A stretch of DNA of 64,000 nt from an uncultured delta proteobacterium (GCA_963729715.1 CAVSPA010000010.1:32001-96000), one strand, 5' to 3'. Shown: positions 7,550 to 17,326, numbered from the stretch's first letter. The notes: generated by a model not told the origin, from the sequence alone. A program made the numbers and translations.

Positions 7550-10176
7550 ATCTGCTGTTTCTTTTGTGCAATCTGGTCATTCATCTGGTTGATTTCTGTT
7601 GTATAGTTATTGATACTATTTTGAAGAGACGTCTCCTTGAAAGTCGCATATCCACTGTAAGGATCAGTAATATTATAAAGGGCACGGTCAAAGAGGTCTG
7701 CCACACCGGTCGTTAATTTAATCGTTCCCGCATCAACGGGATATGAGTCCGATGATCCAGTATATTTTACGGATAGACCATCCGTGTTGGCGTTGCCGGT
7801 GTTCCCGGTAAGAACCTGTCCGGAGCCGGTTGCCTGCTCGCCACCGATAGTTCCTTGCACGTCGTTTCCACTGAATGTTTGAGGTGTTGCGGTGTTCCAC
7901 AGCACCCCATTCGAGTCTGTGATTGTAAAACTGGATGCCTTGCCGTAATCATCACTGGTTAGAACAAGCTGGTTTTGACTATTTTGGGAGGCGGTTATGC
8001 CCATGACATAATGTCCGCCGGTCTGTCCACTCGAATCTGTGGCAAGTTCCTTATTTATTGCATTGATAATTTCATCCATGCTCATGTCTTTTGTCAGGTC
8101 GATAGTCGCCGTATTACTTCCTTGCTGAATTGAAATAGTGTCGTCACTACCAAGAGTGTCGCCCACCAGGACCGAGTCGTCAGATTTTGCTGAGCTCTGT
8201 GTCGCCGCCTGAGTGATAACAACGTCGTATGAACCGGCCTGTGAGTTCTGCGAATACCCTACATCGGAAAGACTGTTCGATGACGTTGTGCCCTGACCGA
8301 CGAAGAGGGACATAATGTCGTTGAAGTTGGTCTGGAGGTACCCTGTCAAAGTTGTATCATCGACACTCATTTGTCCCGTAGCATCGACACTTATCCCGGC
8401 TTGGGCCAAAGTGGATAACTGGCTGTTGACACCAGATACACGCTGGGTAAGGACGGATGTGAGAGCAGATTTCACGTTAAGAAGTGTATTATCTCCAAAA
8501 AGAACGCCTCCTGTTGTATTTGTCGTTGTATTGTAAGAATCCTGTGTACTGATAGTGGATGCTACTGCATTATATGCGGTCACAAAGTTATTGATTAAAG
8601 TCTCGATGGCGTTAGTGTCCTGCGTGACATTCAGGTTGATGGTTGTGGAACTGTCTGCCTTGAGAAGATTCAGGGTGACACCGGGGATAACGTTATCGAT
8701 GGTATTTGATGAAGATGTAACCGGTACACCATCTACTTCCACAGCGGTATCTTGACCGGCAACCAACACTGCCGAGGCGTTACCAAAGGCACCAAAGTCG
8801 AGTGAAGTTGCTGAGCTTTGATTTTTGATCTTTAAGTCAGCTATACTCAGTTGCGAAGTTTCGTTTCCACTTAAGTCGTTCACCTCAATCTTCCCGTCAG
8901 AGGTAACATAGGCCAAAACATTTCCGTAAGATGTATTAATTTGGTTAAGCAGATTCTGAACGGTCGTCGAACTCGTGATAGTCAAATTTGCACTTACTGA
9001 GTTGCCTGACGTATCAGTGCCCGAGAGGGTGATAGAGTCGCCCGACGCGAAGTTGTAGCCGTCAATGTTCTTCAAAAGGGTCGCTGCAGTTATGTCGGAA
9101 CCATTGGATGTCATGGAGTTCCCCGAGACTACCCCTGTACTCGAGTTGCTCGTGTGATCCAGGATGCCGAGAGTGTTAAGGATATTATCCGCATCCGCAA
9201 AGGTCGGGGTTCCACTCCCACTGCTCTGCAGGATCTGGAGGCTGTAATACGTGGACCCGTTTTTCGTCTGAGAGACAACGGAGGCTGTCACGCCCGCATC
9301 CGCATTGTTGATAGCGGTGGCGATGTCTGTTAGGGACATACCGTTATTTAAGGATATTGATTGGCCGTCGATTGAAACATTCCCCGACTGAGTGGTAGTG
9401 AGGCCCAGAAGAGAGTTAATCGCCTCAGTTGACGAGGTAAAGAGATCACTCTGTGCGCCATTGGTGATGGAATTTTTAATTATTGGGGCTTCATCGTCTT
9501 TCCATCCAAATTGCTGCACAAGGTTTGCAGATGATCCGTTAAGGAGACTGATTCCTGCCGCACCGGTCGTATCACTGGTTAGAATCAACCGGCTGTCATT
9601 GGTGCCGAAGTTGACAACAGATGCTGTCACCCCGGAAGGGGATGCCCCTGTATCAGCTTCGTTAATGTTTGTCGCTACGTCGGCCAGTGTGTCTTTAGCG
9701 TTGACTGTAATGACTGTACCATTGATGACAATATCGCCAGCATAGCTGCTCCCCAGTGCTGTTGACGTGCTGGTGAAGGGGTTAGAAACTAATTGCTCCG
9801 CCTGGGCAAGATTGTCTACTCGTATAGTGTAATTTCCCGGAGATGCTGTGTCGCTGGTTGCAACGGAGAACAAGTTACTTGCATTTGAAGTACCGCTAAT
9901 AGTGGACATGTTTGATGTGAAGGCAGAGAAATCGGAAGGGTTCTGCATGGCATCCGCAGCTGTCTTCAAAGAGAGAAGTTGGGTATTTAAAGACTGCCAT
10001 GCCTGGAGTTCTGATTGGTCGGTACTCTGTTTGTTTTGAACAATAGTAACTCTTTGCTGATCAACAGCAATCAAGTCATCGACCATGGAGCTCCAGTCAA
10101 TTCCGCTGGCGAGACCGGTGATATAACTGGTCCCTGCGTTACTGGTGATATTGCTAGCAGAAGTACTAGTAGTCAT
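7417..10176 (-). CDS. fliD: Flagellar filament cap protein FliD (long, 919 aa)
   Basis: ITGLASGIDWSSMVDDLI; SSSNTIDNVIPGVTLNL; FVTAYN...GVLFGD; C-terminal F..ME.AI..IQ....WL. Confidence 0.96.
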   Translation of the reverse strand: MTTSTSASNITSNAGTSYITGLASGIDWSSMVDDLIAVDQQRVTIVQNKQSTDQSELQAWQSLNTQLLSLKTAADAMQNPSDFSAFTSNMSTISGTSNASNLFSVATSDTASPGNYTIRVDNLAQAEQLVSNPFTSTSTALGSSYAGDIVINGTVITVNAKDTLADVATNINEADTGASPSGVTASVVNFGTNDSRLILTSDTTGAAGISLLNGSSANLVQQFGWKDDEAPIIKNSITNGAQSDLFTSSTEAINSLLGLTTTQSGNVSIDGQSISLNNGMSLTDIATAINNADAGVTASVVSQTKNGSTYYSLQILQSSGSGTPTFADADNILNTLGILDHTSNSSTGVVSGNSMTSNGSDITAATLLKNIDGYNFASGDSITLSGTDTSGNSVSANLTITSSTTVQNLLNQINTSYGNVLAYVTSDGKIEVNDLSGNETSQLSIADLKIKNQSSATSLDFGAFGNASAVLVAGQDTAVEVDGVPVTSSSNTIDNVIPGVTLNLLKADSSTTINLNVTQDTNAIETLINNFVTAYNAVASTISTQDSYNTTTNTTGGVLFGDNTLLNVKSALTSVLTQRVSGVNSQLSTLAQAGISVDATGQMSVDDTTLTGYLQTNFNDIMSLFVGQGTTSSNSLSDVGYSQNSQAGSYDVVITQAATQSSAKSDDSVLVGDTLGSDDTISIQQGSNTATIDLTKDMSMDEIINAINKELATDSSGQTGGHYVMGITASQNSQNQLVLTSDDYGKASSFTITDSNGVLWNTATPQTFSGNDVQGTIGGEQATGSGQVLTGNTGNANTDGLSVKYTGSSDSYPVDAGTIKLTTGVADLFDRALYNITDPYSGYATFKETSLQNSINNYTTEINQMNDQIAQKKQQMLNEFVTMETAINTIQNESSWLTSQLTAASNGWQLTAATSSASL

Positions 10177-10246
10177 CTGGGAATCCTTTCTGATGGTTTC
10201 ATCAAACTTTAACGATAAGTCTTAAGCGCCCCATGTTTTATAATCA

Positions 10247-10274
10247 TTATCGGTAGAATTTTCTTGAAACTTGA
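10247..10274 (-). promoter_or_regulatory. sigma28 promoter of the fliD-fliS operon
   Basis: Minus strand TCAAGTTT with TCAA-N16-ACCGATAA, about 70 nt upstream of fliD. Confidence 0.7.
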
Positions 10275-10416
10275 GTCCTTTTAAACATTCGAAAAATTAT
10301 ATTCAATGTCGTTGCAGCGAGGGAATATTAATATTTATCAATGGTTTATAAGATTTCTCTCTGCAGCCGAAATGATAAATTGTAAATTTCTCAAAGCAAT
10401 TGAAGAAGCGGAAGAA

Positions 10417-10701
10417 GTCGACGCGACTCCAGAGCATGATGATACGTTCTAGATACAAACCCCATGAGGCTTACAGGGTACGGGTCGAGATGTTTAAATG
10501 GCAATCGGGGAACCGCAAGGAGGTTAAAGTTGCGATGAACCTCCTGTGGTTCAGAAGGTAGAGGGTAATCCATCTCCATGATTTCACGAAACGAACCTGT
10601 GAATTGAATCTCAGTCACTAATCGAAGATAGGTTTTTACCTGGCCGGTACGAGCCGTTCTGTTGGTAGGGGGTGGCCCTAAAGGCCACTTCCTACCAAGA
10701 T
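10417..10701 (+). mobile_element. Group II intron-like structured RNA remnant (no ORF, domain V apparently deleted)
   Basis: Long hairpin 10510-10552; GAGCCG joined directly to TTCTG (both ends of a DV helix) at 10651-10661; DVI-like hairpin 10662-10698 ending ...cctaccaagAT. Confidence 0.5.
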
Positions 10702-10726
10702 TTAGAGAACAAAAAAATATGCCAAT

Positions 10727-10762
10727 AAAAAAGCCCCGCAATCAATGAATTGCGGGGCTTTC
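10727..10762 (-). terminator. Rho-independent terminator of fliC
   Basis: aaaaaagccccgcaat-caatga-attgcggggcttt; GC stem with a U-tract on the minus strand. Confidence 0.9.
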
Positions 10763-10784
10763 TGCTAGGGGTTTGGAGTCAGGG

Positions 10785-11897
10785 CTACTTAAACAGTGCG
10801 AGTACCTGTTGTGGTGCCGTGTTTGCCTGAGCTAACATCGCCGTACCAGCCTGGACAAGGATCTGTTCCTTGGTGAAGTTCGTCATTTCCGAAGCCATAT
10901 CCACATCCTTAATGGCCGAGTTTGCCGACGTTAAGTTCTGTACGGTAGTTGTGAGGTTCTGTGATGCATAATTCAGACGGTTCTCGTAGGCGCCGTTGGC
11001 TGCCTGGTCTGTAGACAGGCGACCGATAGCAGTGCTTACAGCAGACATGGCGGCAGTGGCATCGGAAGCCTGCGTCCAGGCTGAATTGCTGAGCCCCAGA
11101 GTGGCAGCTGTTATGCTATTGAGTGTGACAGACAATTGTGAAGTTGCATCATTTGTATAGCCGATCTGGAACGTTCCGCCAGTACCCGAACCGGCAGTAA
11201 CGACTATACTACCGCCACCGAGTGCAGCACCGAGAGCGGCTGTGGTAGCTGCAGCCGTCGTCTGGAAACTAATGCCGAGGCTATCGAAGTCATACGTATG
11301 TGCCCCATTACCAACGCTTTCTGTTTGCTGTGTGCCTGACCCATTTGTTATCGTCAATGTATCAGCAGTGGCGCTGTAGCTGACGGTATAAGTCCCGATT
11401 GCCGCTGAAGCCACATTAACATTGTAAACGTTAGCCGCGACGGTGATTGCAGAAGCAGTGGTGTTGACGCTGCCAAAGCTTCCGTCGAGCAGATTTGTGC
11501 CATTATACTGCGTCGAATTGGCAATCCTGTCAATTTCTGAGTAAAGTGTATTATACTCATTTGATAGCGGGCCTATATCCGCTCCTGCACTCGCTGCCTC
11601 CGTAGCAAGTTCGTTCATACGTGTTAAAATGTCACTGACGGTGCTCATCGCCCCGTCCGCCACCTGCAAGAGGGAGGTTGCTTGTGAGATGTTTTGCTGG
11701 GCAACATTTGCCCCGGCCACATTCGAGGTTAAGCTGTTAGAAATGGCCAGACCTGATGCATCATCCGAGGCTGAGTTTATACGATAGCCTGAAGAAAGTC
11801 TTTCTAATGATTTGTTCATTGATGCAGTGGAACTTTCCAGGTACCCCTGTGCACGTACTGCTGCAGTGTTATTTTGAATGTCGAATATCATTCCCAT
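10785..11897 (-). CDS. fliC: Flagellin
   Basis: SLERLSSGYRINSASDDASGLAIS; IKDVDMASEMTNFTKEQILVQAGTAMLAQAN..PQQVL. Confidence 0.98.
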   Translation of the reverse strand: MGMIFDIQNNTAAVRAQGYLESSTASMNKSLERLSSGYRINSASDDASGLAISNSLTSNVAGANVAQQNISQATSLLQVADGAMSTVSDILTRMNELATEAASAGADIGPLSNEYNTLYSEIDRIANSTQYNGTNLLDGSFGSVNTTASAITVAANVYNVNVASAAIGTYTVSYSATADTLTITNGSGTQQTESVGNGAHTYDFDSLGISFQTTAAATTAALGAALGGGSIVVTAGSGTGGTFQIGYTNDATSQLSVTLNSITAATLGLSNSAWTQASDATAAMSAVSTAIGRLSTDQAANGAYENRLNYASQNLTTTVQNLTSANSAIKDVDMASEMTNFTKEQILVQAGTAMLAQANTAPQQVLALFK

Positions 11898-11899
11898 GA

Positions 11900-11949
11900 T
11901 TTTTATCCTCCTTGATTTTATTATTTTTGATCTTTGGCATCCTTGCCAA
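11900..11949 (-). promoter_or_regulatory. CsrA binding sites in the fliC leader
   Basis: Minus strand hairpin UUGGCA-AGGA-UGCCAA (11949-11934) plus AAGGAGGA overlapping the SD; same layout as the B. subtilis hag leader. Confidence 0.75.
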
Positions 11950-12066
11950 TTGTTTAGTAAAAAAATTATTATTTACAACCGGGGTTTCTTCGTATGATTT
12001 CCCGGTCACTGCGTCCTACTTTCTTTCACCTCCTCCCTTGCCTATTTTTTTCCTCTTTTGGCATTG

Positions 12067-12094
12067 TTATCGGCAGGGAGGGAAGAATACTTTA
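12067..12094 (-). promoter_or_regulatory. sigma28 promoter of fliC
   Basis: Minus strand TAAA-N16-GCCGATAA. Confidence 0.88.
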
Positions 12095-12155
12095 ATTTTA
12101 CATGAAAAGTGCATCCGATGGTTGACGTGAATTATGACGATTGATTGCTCGACTG

Positions 12156-15100
12156 TTAGGCGTCCACAAGAAGCCGGTTGAACTTACCGTGATCGACGAT
12201 GGCGGGAGCGATCCGAATCGCAAGCCGGAGCGCTGGGTCGGCTAAATGCCACTGTTTCCTGCGGCAAAGTTCCTCAGCGATGTCGTAAACGATCCTCCCC
12301 ATATCCTCAATCGAATAGAGGCAGCAGTTGGTATTAATGCCCAGCGTCTGCATGAGCGATTCCAGGGATTGTATAAAATCATCCCTTGCTTCGTCCTGCC
12401 AGCAGATCTGCGCTTGTAAGAGCCTCTTTTCAAGTTGTTCATCCGCCGTGAGTCCCTCATCTTCGGCTTTATGCAAGCAATCGGCGGCGGCTTTCAGATT
12501 GCCCTGCTGCAGGAAATCTTTGCCGATTTTCAGGCAAAGTTTTTTGCTCTCCCGCAAGAAGGCGGGGATATTCCCGCTGCAAATACCGGTCTCATAACTA
12601 ATTTTTAACCATTTCATCCCTTTTTCAGTCATATGCTGTCCGAAATAAAGGTGGCAGATGTTTTCCGCCTTTTCCATTCTACTTCCTGAATCTTCGAATG
12701 CTTTCAGAAAGAAGGAGTCAGCAGTTTCAAAATCCTTTTCCAGGAAATGAATCAAGCCCAGACCCAAAAAGATTTCGTCTCTCTTAGCAAAACTAAAAAA
12801 GCAGGAGTTCCCTATGAGCGCCGGGTTTCTTTCAAATTCCTCATAGATTGAAAGATAACGTTGGGACGTAGTCCTGCACAGATCAAAGGACTGTTTCTTG
12901 AAATAAACAGAGGCAAGGATATGACACATATCTAGGTGCATGGGAAAATAATCGAGGGCTTCTAGACATACGCGTTCCACATTCTCTAATTTTCCCAGGT
13001 TATTGTATCCCTGTGCAACCGTATAGAATGCGATTGCAAAGAACTCGTCTCGTAACCTTTTCCGGCGCATGATTTCCAAGGCCATTTCACCGTATTGGAC
13101 GGCCTTGTCAAACTCGCGGTGCATGGAATATGAAGAAGACAATTGATAGAGGCAGTACACGTCTTCCGGATCATTCACGAGCATCTCTTCCAAAAGCGTT
13201 GTCGTCCTGATATGCTTCGCTTCCATTTGTTCCGGTGTCAGATCATACCCGTAGTGTCGGATCCGAATCGCGCTGAAAGCTCCCTCACCCCGGACTTGTA
13301 ACTGGTTATGGACCTTCCGCTCATAGCCCATTCCCGTGCCGTTGCGGAACAGCCGGATCGAGTGGAAGACGACGTGAACGGAGCCGTCCGTTTTCATGTC
13401 ATAAAGACGGCAATGATAATAATCTGCCTTCCCTTCCCGGACGACGTCCCTCAGCGCCGATCCGTCTTCTGGAAACAACTCCTCGTCGGCGTCTACTATA
13501 AATAGCCAGTCGCCTGTGGCATAAGAAAGCGACTGGTTCCGGTGTTTGCTGAAGTCGTTTTCCCAGGGATGATGGTAGACTCTGGCGCCGTAGCTTTGAG
13601 CGATATCAACAGTGCCGTCTGTCGAACCAGTATCGACGATGATGATTTCATCCACATGATCGCATACGCTCCTCAGGCACCGCCCGAGACATGCCTCTTC
13701 GTTTTTCACGATCATGCATAGGGAGATCGTGGACTGCCTTTTATTTTTTATTGAGGTAGGTGGGGCGGTGCCCAAAAGCAGGCGGTCGAACTTACCATGA
13801 TCGTACAGGGTAGGGGCGACCTGAATCGCCAACAGAAGGGCCGCTTCGGCGAAAGGCCGCTGCTGGCGAAGGCAAAATGATTCGGCAATATCATAGATAA
13901 TCTGGCCCAGCTCATCAATAGACTGGCGGGTGCGTTTGGTATTCATGCCCAGCATCCGCATGAGCGATTCCAGGGATTGTATAAAATCATCACTTGCTTC
14001 GATCTGCCAGCAGACCTGTGTTTGTAAAAGTATCTTTTCAAGTTGTTCGTCCGCCGTGAGTCCCTCATCTCCGGCTTTACGCAGGCAATCGGCGGCAGCT
14101 TTCAGATTGCCCTGCTGCAGGAAATCTTTGCCGATTTTCAGATAGAGGTCTTTACGTTCCGGGAAAATAATCAGGTTGCTTGCCTTGCTAAGGCTGGTTT
14201 CGTATGCGATTTTCAGCCATAGCAGCGCCTTTTCATCCATGTGATGCTTGAGGTAGAAGCGACAGATATTCTCGGCAAGTTCCAGGCATCTGCCCGAATC
14301 TTCAAAGCCTTTCCAGAAGTATTGATCTGCCCCATCAAGATCATTTTCAAGAATGTGGGCACAGGCCAGGCGGAAGTAGATTTTATGCTTTATGGTGAAG
14401 CTGTGACAGTAAATATTTCCGATAAGCGAGGGATTTTTTTCTAAGGATTCATAGATGCTGAGGCAACGCTCCGACATGTACCGGCACCTCTCAAGATCCT
14501 GCTTCTCAAAATAGATGGATGCAAGGAGATGACATATATCCAGATGCATGGGAAATAAGTCAAGGGCTTCCAGGCAGAGACGTTCAACATCCGCTGTCTG
14601 ATCCAGCGCGTAATAAGCCTGGGCTACCGTATGGAATGCGATTGCAAAGAACTCGTCTCGTAACCTTTTCCGGCGCATGATTTCCAAGGCCATTTCACCG
14701 TATTGGACGGCCTTGTCAAACTCGCGGTGCATGGAATATGAAGAAGACAATTGATAGAGGCAGTACACGTCTTCCGGATCATTCACGAGCATCTCTTCCA
14801 AAAGCGTTGTCGTCCTGATATGCTTCGCTTCCATTTGTTCCGGTGTCAGATCATACCCGTAGTGTCGGATCCGAATCGCGCTGAAAGCTCCCTCACCCCG
14901 GACTTGTAACTGGTTATGGACCTTCCGCTCATAGCCCATTCCCGTGCCGTTGCGGAACAGCCGGATCAGGTAGAAGACGCCATGGACGGAGCCGTCCGTT
15001 TTCATGTCATAAAAACGGCAATGATGATAATCGGCCTTTTCTTCCCGGACGACGTCCCTCAGCGCCGATCCGTCTTCCGGAAACAACTCCTCGTCGGCAT

Positions 15101-15458
15101 CCAATTGAAATATCCAGTCGCCTGTGGCATAGGAAAGCGACTGGTTCCGGTGTTTACTGAAGTCGTTTTCCCAGGGATGATGGTAGACTCTGGCGCCGTA
15201 GCTTTGAGCGATATCAACAGTGCCGTCTGTCGAACCAGTATCGACGATGATGATTTCATCCACATGATTGCATACGCTCCTCAGGCACCGCCCGAGACAT
15301 GCCTCTTCGTTTTTCACGATCATGCATAGGGAGATCGTGGACTTCCCTTTATTTTTACTTAAGGTTCTTTTTTTAAGTTTTTTCACCATCGCTGGTTTGC
15401 TTCCATTACTCAGGACGTAAATAGTCAGTTCCGATGGATTATGAGTCAGGTAATTCAA
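12156..15458 (-). CDS. Glycosyltransferase family 2 / TPR protein made of two tandem GT2-TPR modules; putative flagellin glycosyltransferase (start may be ATG 15389)
   Basis: ISLCMIVKNEE...IIIVDTGSTDGT...WENDFSKHRN...DADEEL occurs twice at a 1608-nt offset; adjacent to fliC. Confidence 0.92.
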   Translation of the reverse strand: MNYLTHNPSELTIYVLSNGSKPAMVKKLKKRTLSKNKGKSTISLCMIVKNEEACLGRCLRSVCNHVDEIIIVDTGSTDGTVDIAQSYGARVYHHPWENDFSKHRNQSLSYATGDWIFQLDADEELFPEDGSALRDVVREEKADYHHCRFYDMKTDGSVHGVFYLIRLFRNGTGMGYERKVHNQLQVRGEGAFSAIRIRHYGYDLTPEQMEAKHIRTTTLLEEMLVNDPEDVYCLYQLSSSYSMHREFDKAVQYGEMALEIMRRKRLRDEFFAIAFHTVAQAYYALDQTADVERLCLEALDLFPMHLDICHLLASIYFEKQDLERCRYMSERCLSIYESLEKNPSLIGNIYCHSFTIKHKIYFRLACAHILENDLDGADQYFWKGFEDSGRCLELAENICRFYLKHHMDEKALLWLKIAYETSLSKASNLIIFPERKDLYLKIGKDFLQQGNLKAAADCLRKAGDEGLTADEQLEKILLQTQVCWQIEASDDFIQSLESLMRMLGMNTKRTRQSIDELGQIIYDIAESFCLRQQRPFAEAALLLAIQVAPTLYDHGKFDRLLLGTAPPTSIKNKRQSTISLCMIVKNEEACLGRCLRSVCDHVDEIIIVDTGSTDGTVDIAQSYGARVYHHPWENDFSKHRNQSLSYATGDWLFIVDADEELFPEDGSALRDVVREGKADYYHCRLYDMKTDGSVHVVFHSIRLFRNGTGMGYERKVHNQLQVRGEGAFSAIRIRHYGYDLTPEQMEAKHIRTTTLLEEMLVNDPEDVYCLYQLSSSYSMHREFDKAVQYGEMALEIMRRKRLRDEFFAIAFYTVAQGYNNLGKLENVERVCLEALDYFPMHLDMCHILASVYFKKQSFDLCRTTSQRYLSIYEEFERNPALIGNSCFFSFAKRDEIFLGLGLIHFLEKDFETADSFFLKAFEDSGSRMEKAENICHLYFGQHMTEKGMKWLKISYETGICSGNIPAFLRESKKLCLKIGKDFLQQGNLKAAADCLHKAEDEGLTADEQLEKRLLQAQICWQDEARDDFIQSLESLMQTLGINTNCCLYSIEDMGRIVYDIAEELCRRKQWHLADPALRLAIRIAPAIVDHGKFNRLLVDA

Positions 15459-15617
15459 CCCTAGGCAATCACATTTACTGCGTTCAGACCGTAAATCTTT
15501 TTTGTCTTTTATTTCTTCAAGGGACGTATGAAATATTTCCCCAAGGAAACAATATTTTTAAATTCGATCAATGCCTCAACATAACAAGGCCTCGCAATTT
15601 TCGTTTAACTGAGAAAA

Positions 15618-16532
15618 TCAATTTGGGAACATCTCACTTTCCTCTAAGTGCAGGTCAGCCTTCTCCCTGTTTAGCCGTTTCAAAGGAACGTCACACCGTG
15701 AACAATGTTCAAGATCGTTGATGCGGCCCATTTTCATCAGTGTGCGTGCTTCCCTGAATACAGTTCCATTAAAGATCCTTACAGGATCTTCGTCAAAAGC
15801 GCTACCTAGCTTATAAAAGGAGGCGTCAACGTCGATACAACAGAACTGAATCATACCGGAGGCGTTGATGGTAATGCGGTCGAATACGTAGGGACAGGGA
15901 ACGCTTTTGGGGATGGCGCATTCCGCATCAGCCCAATTGTGTCTGGGAAATCGCAGCACCATATCGCCCTGGCTTAGCGCCAGATATCGAGACCAGTAAA
16001 TTGTATATTGTTGCCATTCATCTTCGTTCAGTTCCTGCTCGATCATCCTGACGCATATTGTTGTGGAATATCCACCAGAATCGCGAAGCTGTATTAACCT
16101 GTGGATATTATCAATAACCCGTCGGAAGGATAGGCCCTGTCTGATTCGTTCAAACTTGTCAGGAATCAGGCTGTCGATGCTGAATATGACTATGTCTATG
16201 CCGCTGTCCAAAAGCATGGATGTGCGTTGTTCGTCAAGGATGTCGCCGTTTGTAGGCAGGCTAACTTGACGGAATCTTGCTTCCTTGGCTGCCCGGATTT
16301 TCGCAAAGACATCCGGATCTAGGATAGCCTCACCCAGCCCTACTATATTCAGATATTCAATGCATTGCCTGTATGGAGTCAGCCTATCAAGAATACTGAG
16401 AAACATATCCTGATGCATGATCTGAGGCCGTTGGGAAGACGAGCGAATAGAACACATTATGCATGAAGCGTTGCAAATCCCATGCACTGTTTCAATGTCA
16501 ATAACAGAAGGAGCGATAAAGTTTATCATCAT
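15618..16532 (-). CDS. Radical SAM protein with SPASM/twitch-like C-terminal domain
   Basis: CNASCIMC (CxxxCxxC), GLGEA, TNG; C-terminal CPYVF...CC.D...CSRC. Confidence 0.88.
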   Translation of the reverse strand: MMINFIAPSVIDIETVHGICNASCIMCSIRSSSQRPQIMHQDMFLSILDRLTPYRQCIEYLNIVGLGEAILDPDVFAKIRAAKEARFRQVSLPTNGDILDEQRTSMLLDSGIDIVIFSIDSLIPDKFERIRQGLSFRRVIDNIHRLIQLRDSGGYSTTICVRMIEQELNEDEWQQYTIYWSRYLALSQGDMVLRFPRHNWADAECAIPKSVPCPYVFDRITINASGMIQFCCIDVDASFYKLGSAFDEDPVRIFNGTVFREARTLMKMGRINDLEHCSRCDVPLKRLNREKADLHLEESEMFPN

Positions 16533-16576
16533 AATATCTCTATAAAAATTGGGTGTGTAGAATCATAATAGGTAAT

Positions 16577-17326
16577 TTACTTTATGCACTTCAGATATCC
16601 GCCTGGATTACAGGTGATAAGTAATTTTCGGTCTACGGCGTCATCAACAACGAAGCGGTCTGTTTCCTTCAGGAACGCCTCCAGCGCGGTTTTCGGGTTG
16701 TTTCCCGGCCCCCAGGGCCTCGGCCGGTGTTTCTGGATAGGTATATCTTCAACGATGGTATCGCTGCAGATGATGTAGTGTCCTTTGCCGACAAATGGTG
16801 AGTACAGGCGGAGTTCGGCAAGGACATGGTCGTGGCTGTGATAGGAATCAAGAACGACAAGGACCTCTTGGCTGTTGCCGATTATGGACACTATCTTGGC
16901 GAGGGTGGCCTGTTCAACGGATGACCCGGTGATGAGGATGATTTTTTCGGATAAAAAACCATATCCATTCAGTCTGTTTCTGAGGTCATCGGGGATGTAA
17001 ATGTCTATGCCAATAATCTTTTCCCTTCCCAGAACCGTGAGCAGGGTTGAGTAAAAAAGCAGTGATCCTCCCCATGCAACGCCAAGCTCTATGATATACT
17101 TTGGCCGTGTTTTATAAATAATATCTTGGATGGCGAACATATCCTGAGGCAGATTCAGGATCGGTTCACCGAACCAGCTCGTCTGGTGAACCCAGCGATA
17201 TTTATCGGCGTCGATTACCAGATCTCTTGCCCTGCGGATAAGGCCGTCGTCTTGGCTCATGGACAAGGCGGATTCCTGAAGTAGGCCCTCGAATTCTTCA
17301 CGGGTCAGCATCTTTTTCTCAGTCAT
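16577..17326 (-). CDS. CmcI (cephalosporin hydroxylase-like) family protein, probable sugar O-methyltransferase fold
   Basis: WFGEPILNLPQDM...IIELGVAWGGSL...VVLDSYHSHDHVLAEL...WGPGNNPKTA...PGGYL. Confidence 0.88.
   Translation of the reverse strand: MTEKKMLTREEFEGLLQESALSMSQDDGLIRRARDLVIDADKYRWVHQTSWFGEPILNLPQDMFAIQDIIYKTRPKYIIELGVAWGGSLLFYSTLLTVLGREKIIGIDIYIPDDLRNRLNGYGFLSEKIILITGSSVEQATLAKIVSIIGNSQEVLVVLDSYHSHDHVLAELRLYSPFVGKGHYIICSDTIVEDIPIQKHRPRPWGPGNNPKTALEAFLKETDRFVVDDAVDRKLLITCNPGGYLKCIK

Noticed and set aside
10307..10378. Degenerate REP-like palindrome (tgtcgttgcag...agatttctc...cgaaatgata)
   Set aside because: Resembles common intergenic REP-type repeats but is too decayed and single-copy here to support a call.
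10391..10741. 116-aa minus-strand ORF between fliC and fliD
   Set aside because: It starts inside the fliC terminator, has no SD or recognisable motif, and is better explained as the antisense of the structured element.
16577..17326. Cephalosporin or other antibiotic biosynthesis
   Set aside because: CmcI-family genes are common in surface-glycan loci; there are no NRPS, PKS or beta-lactam genes here.
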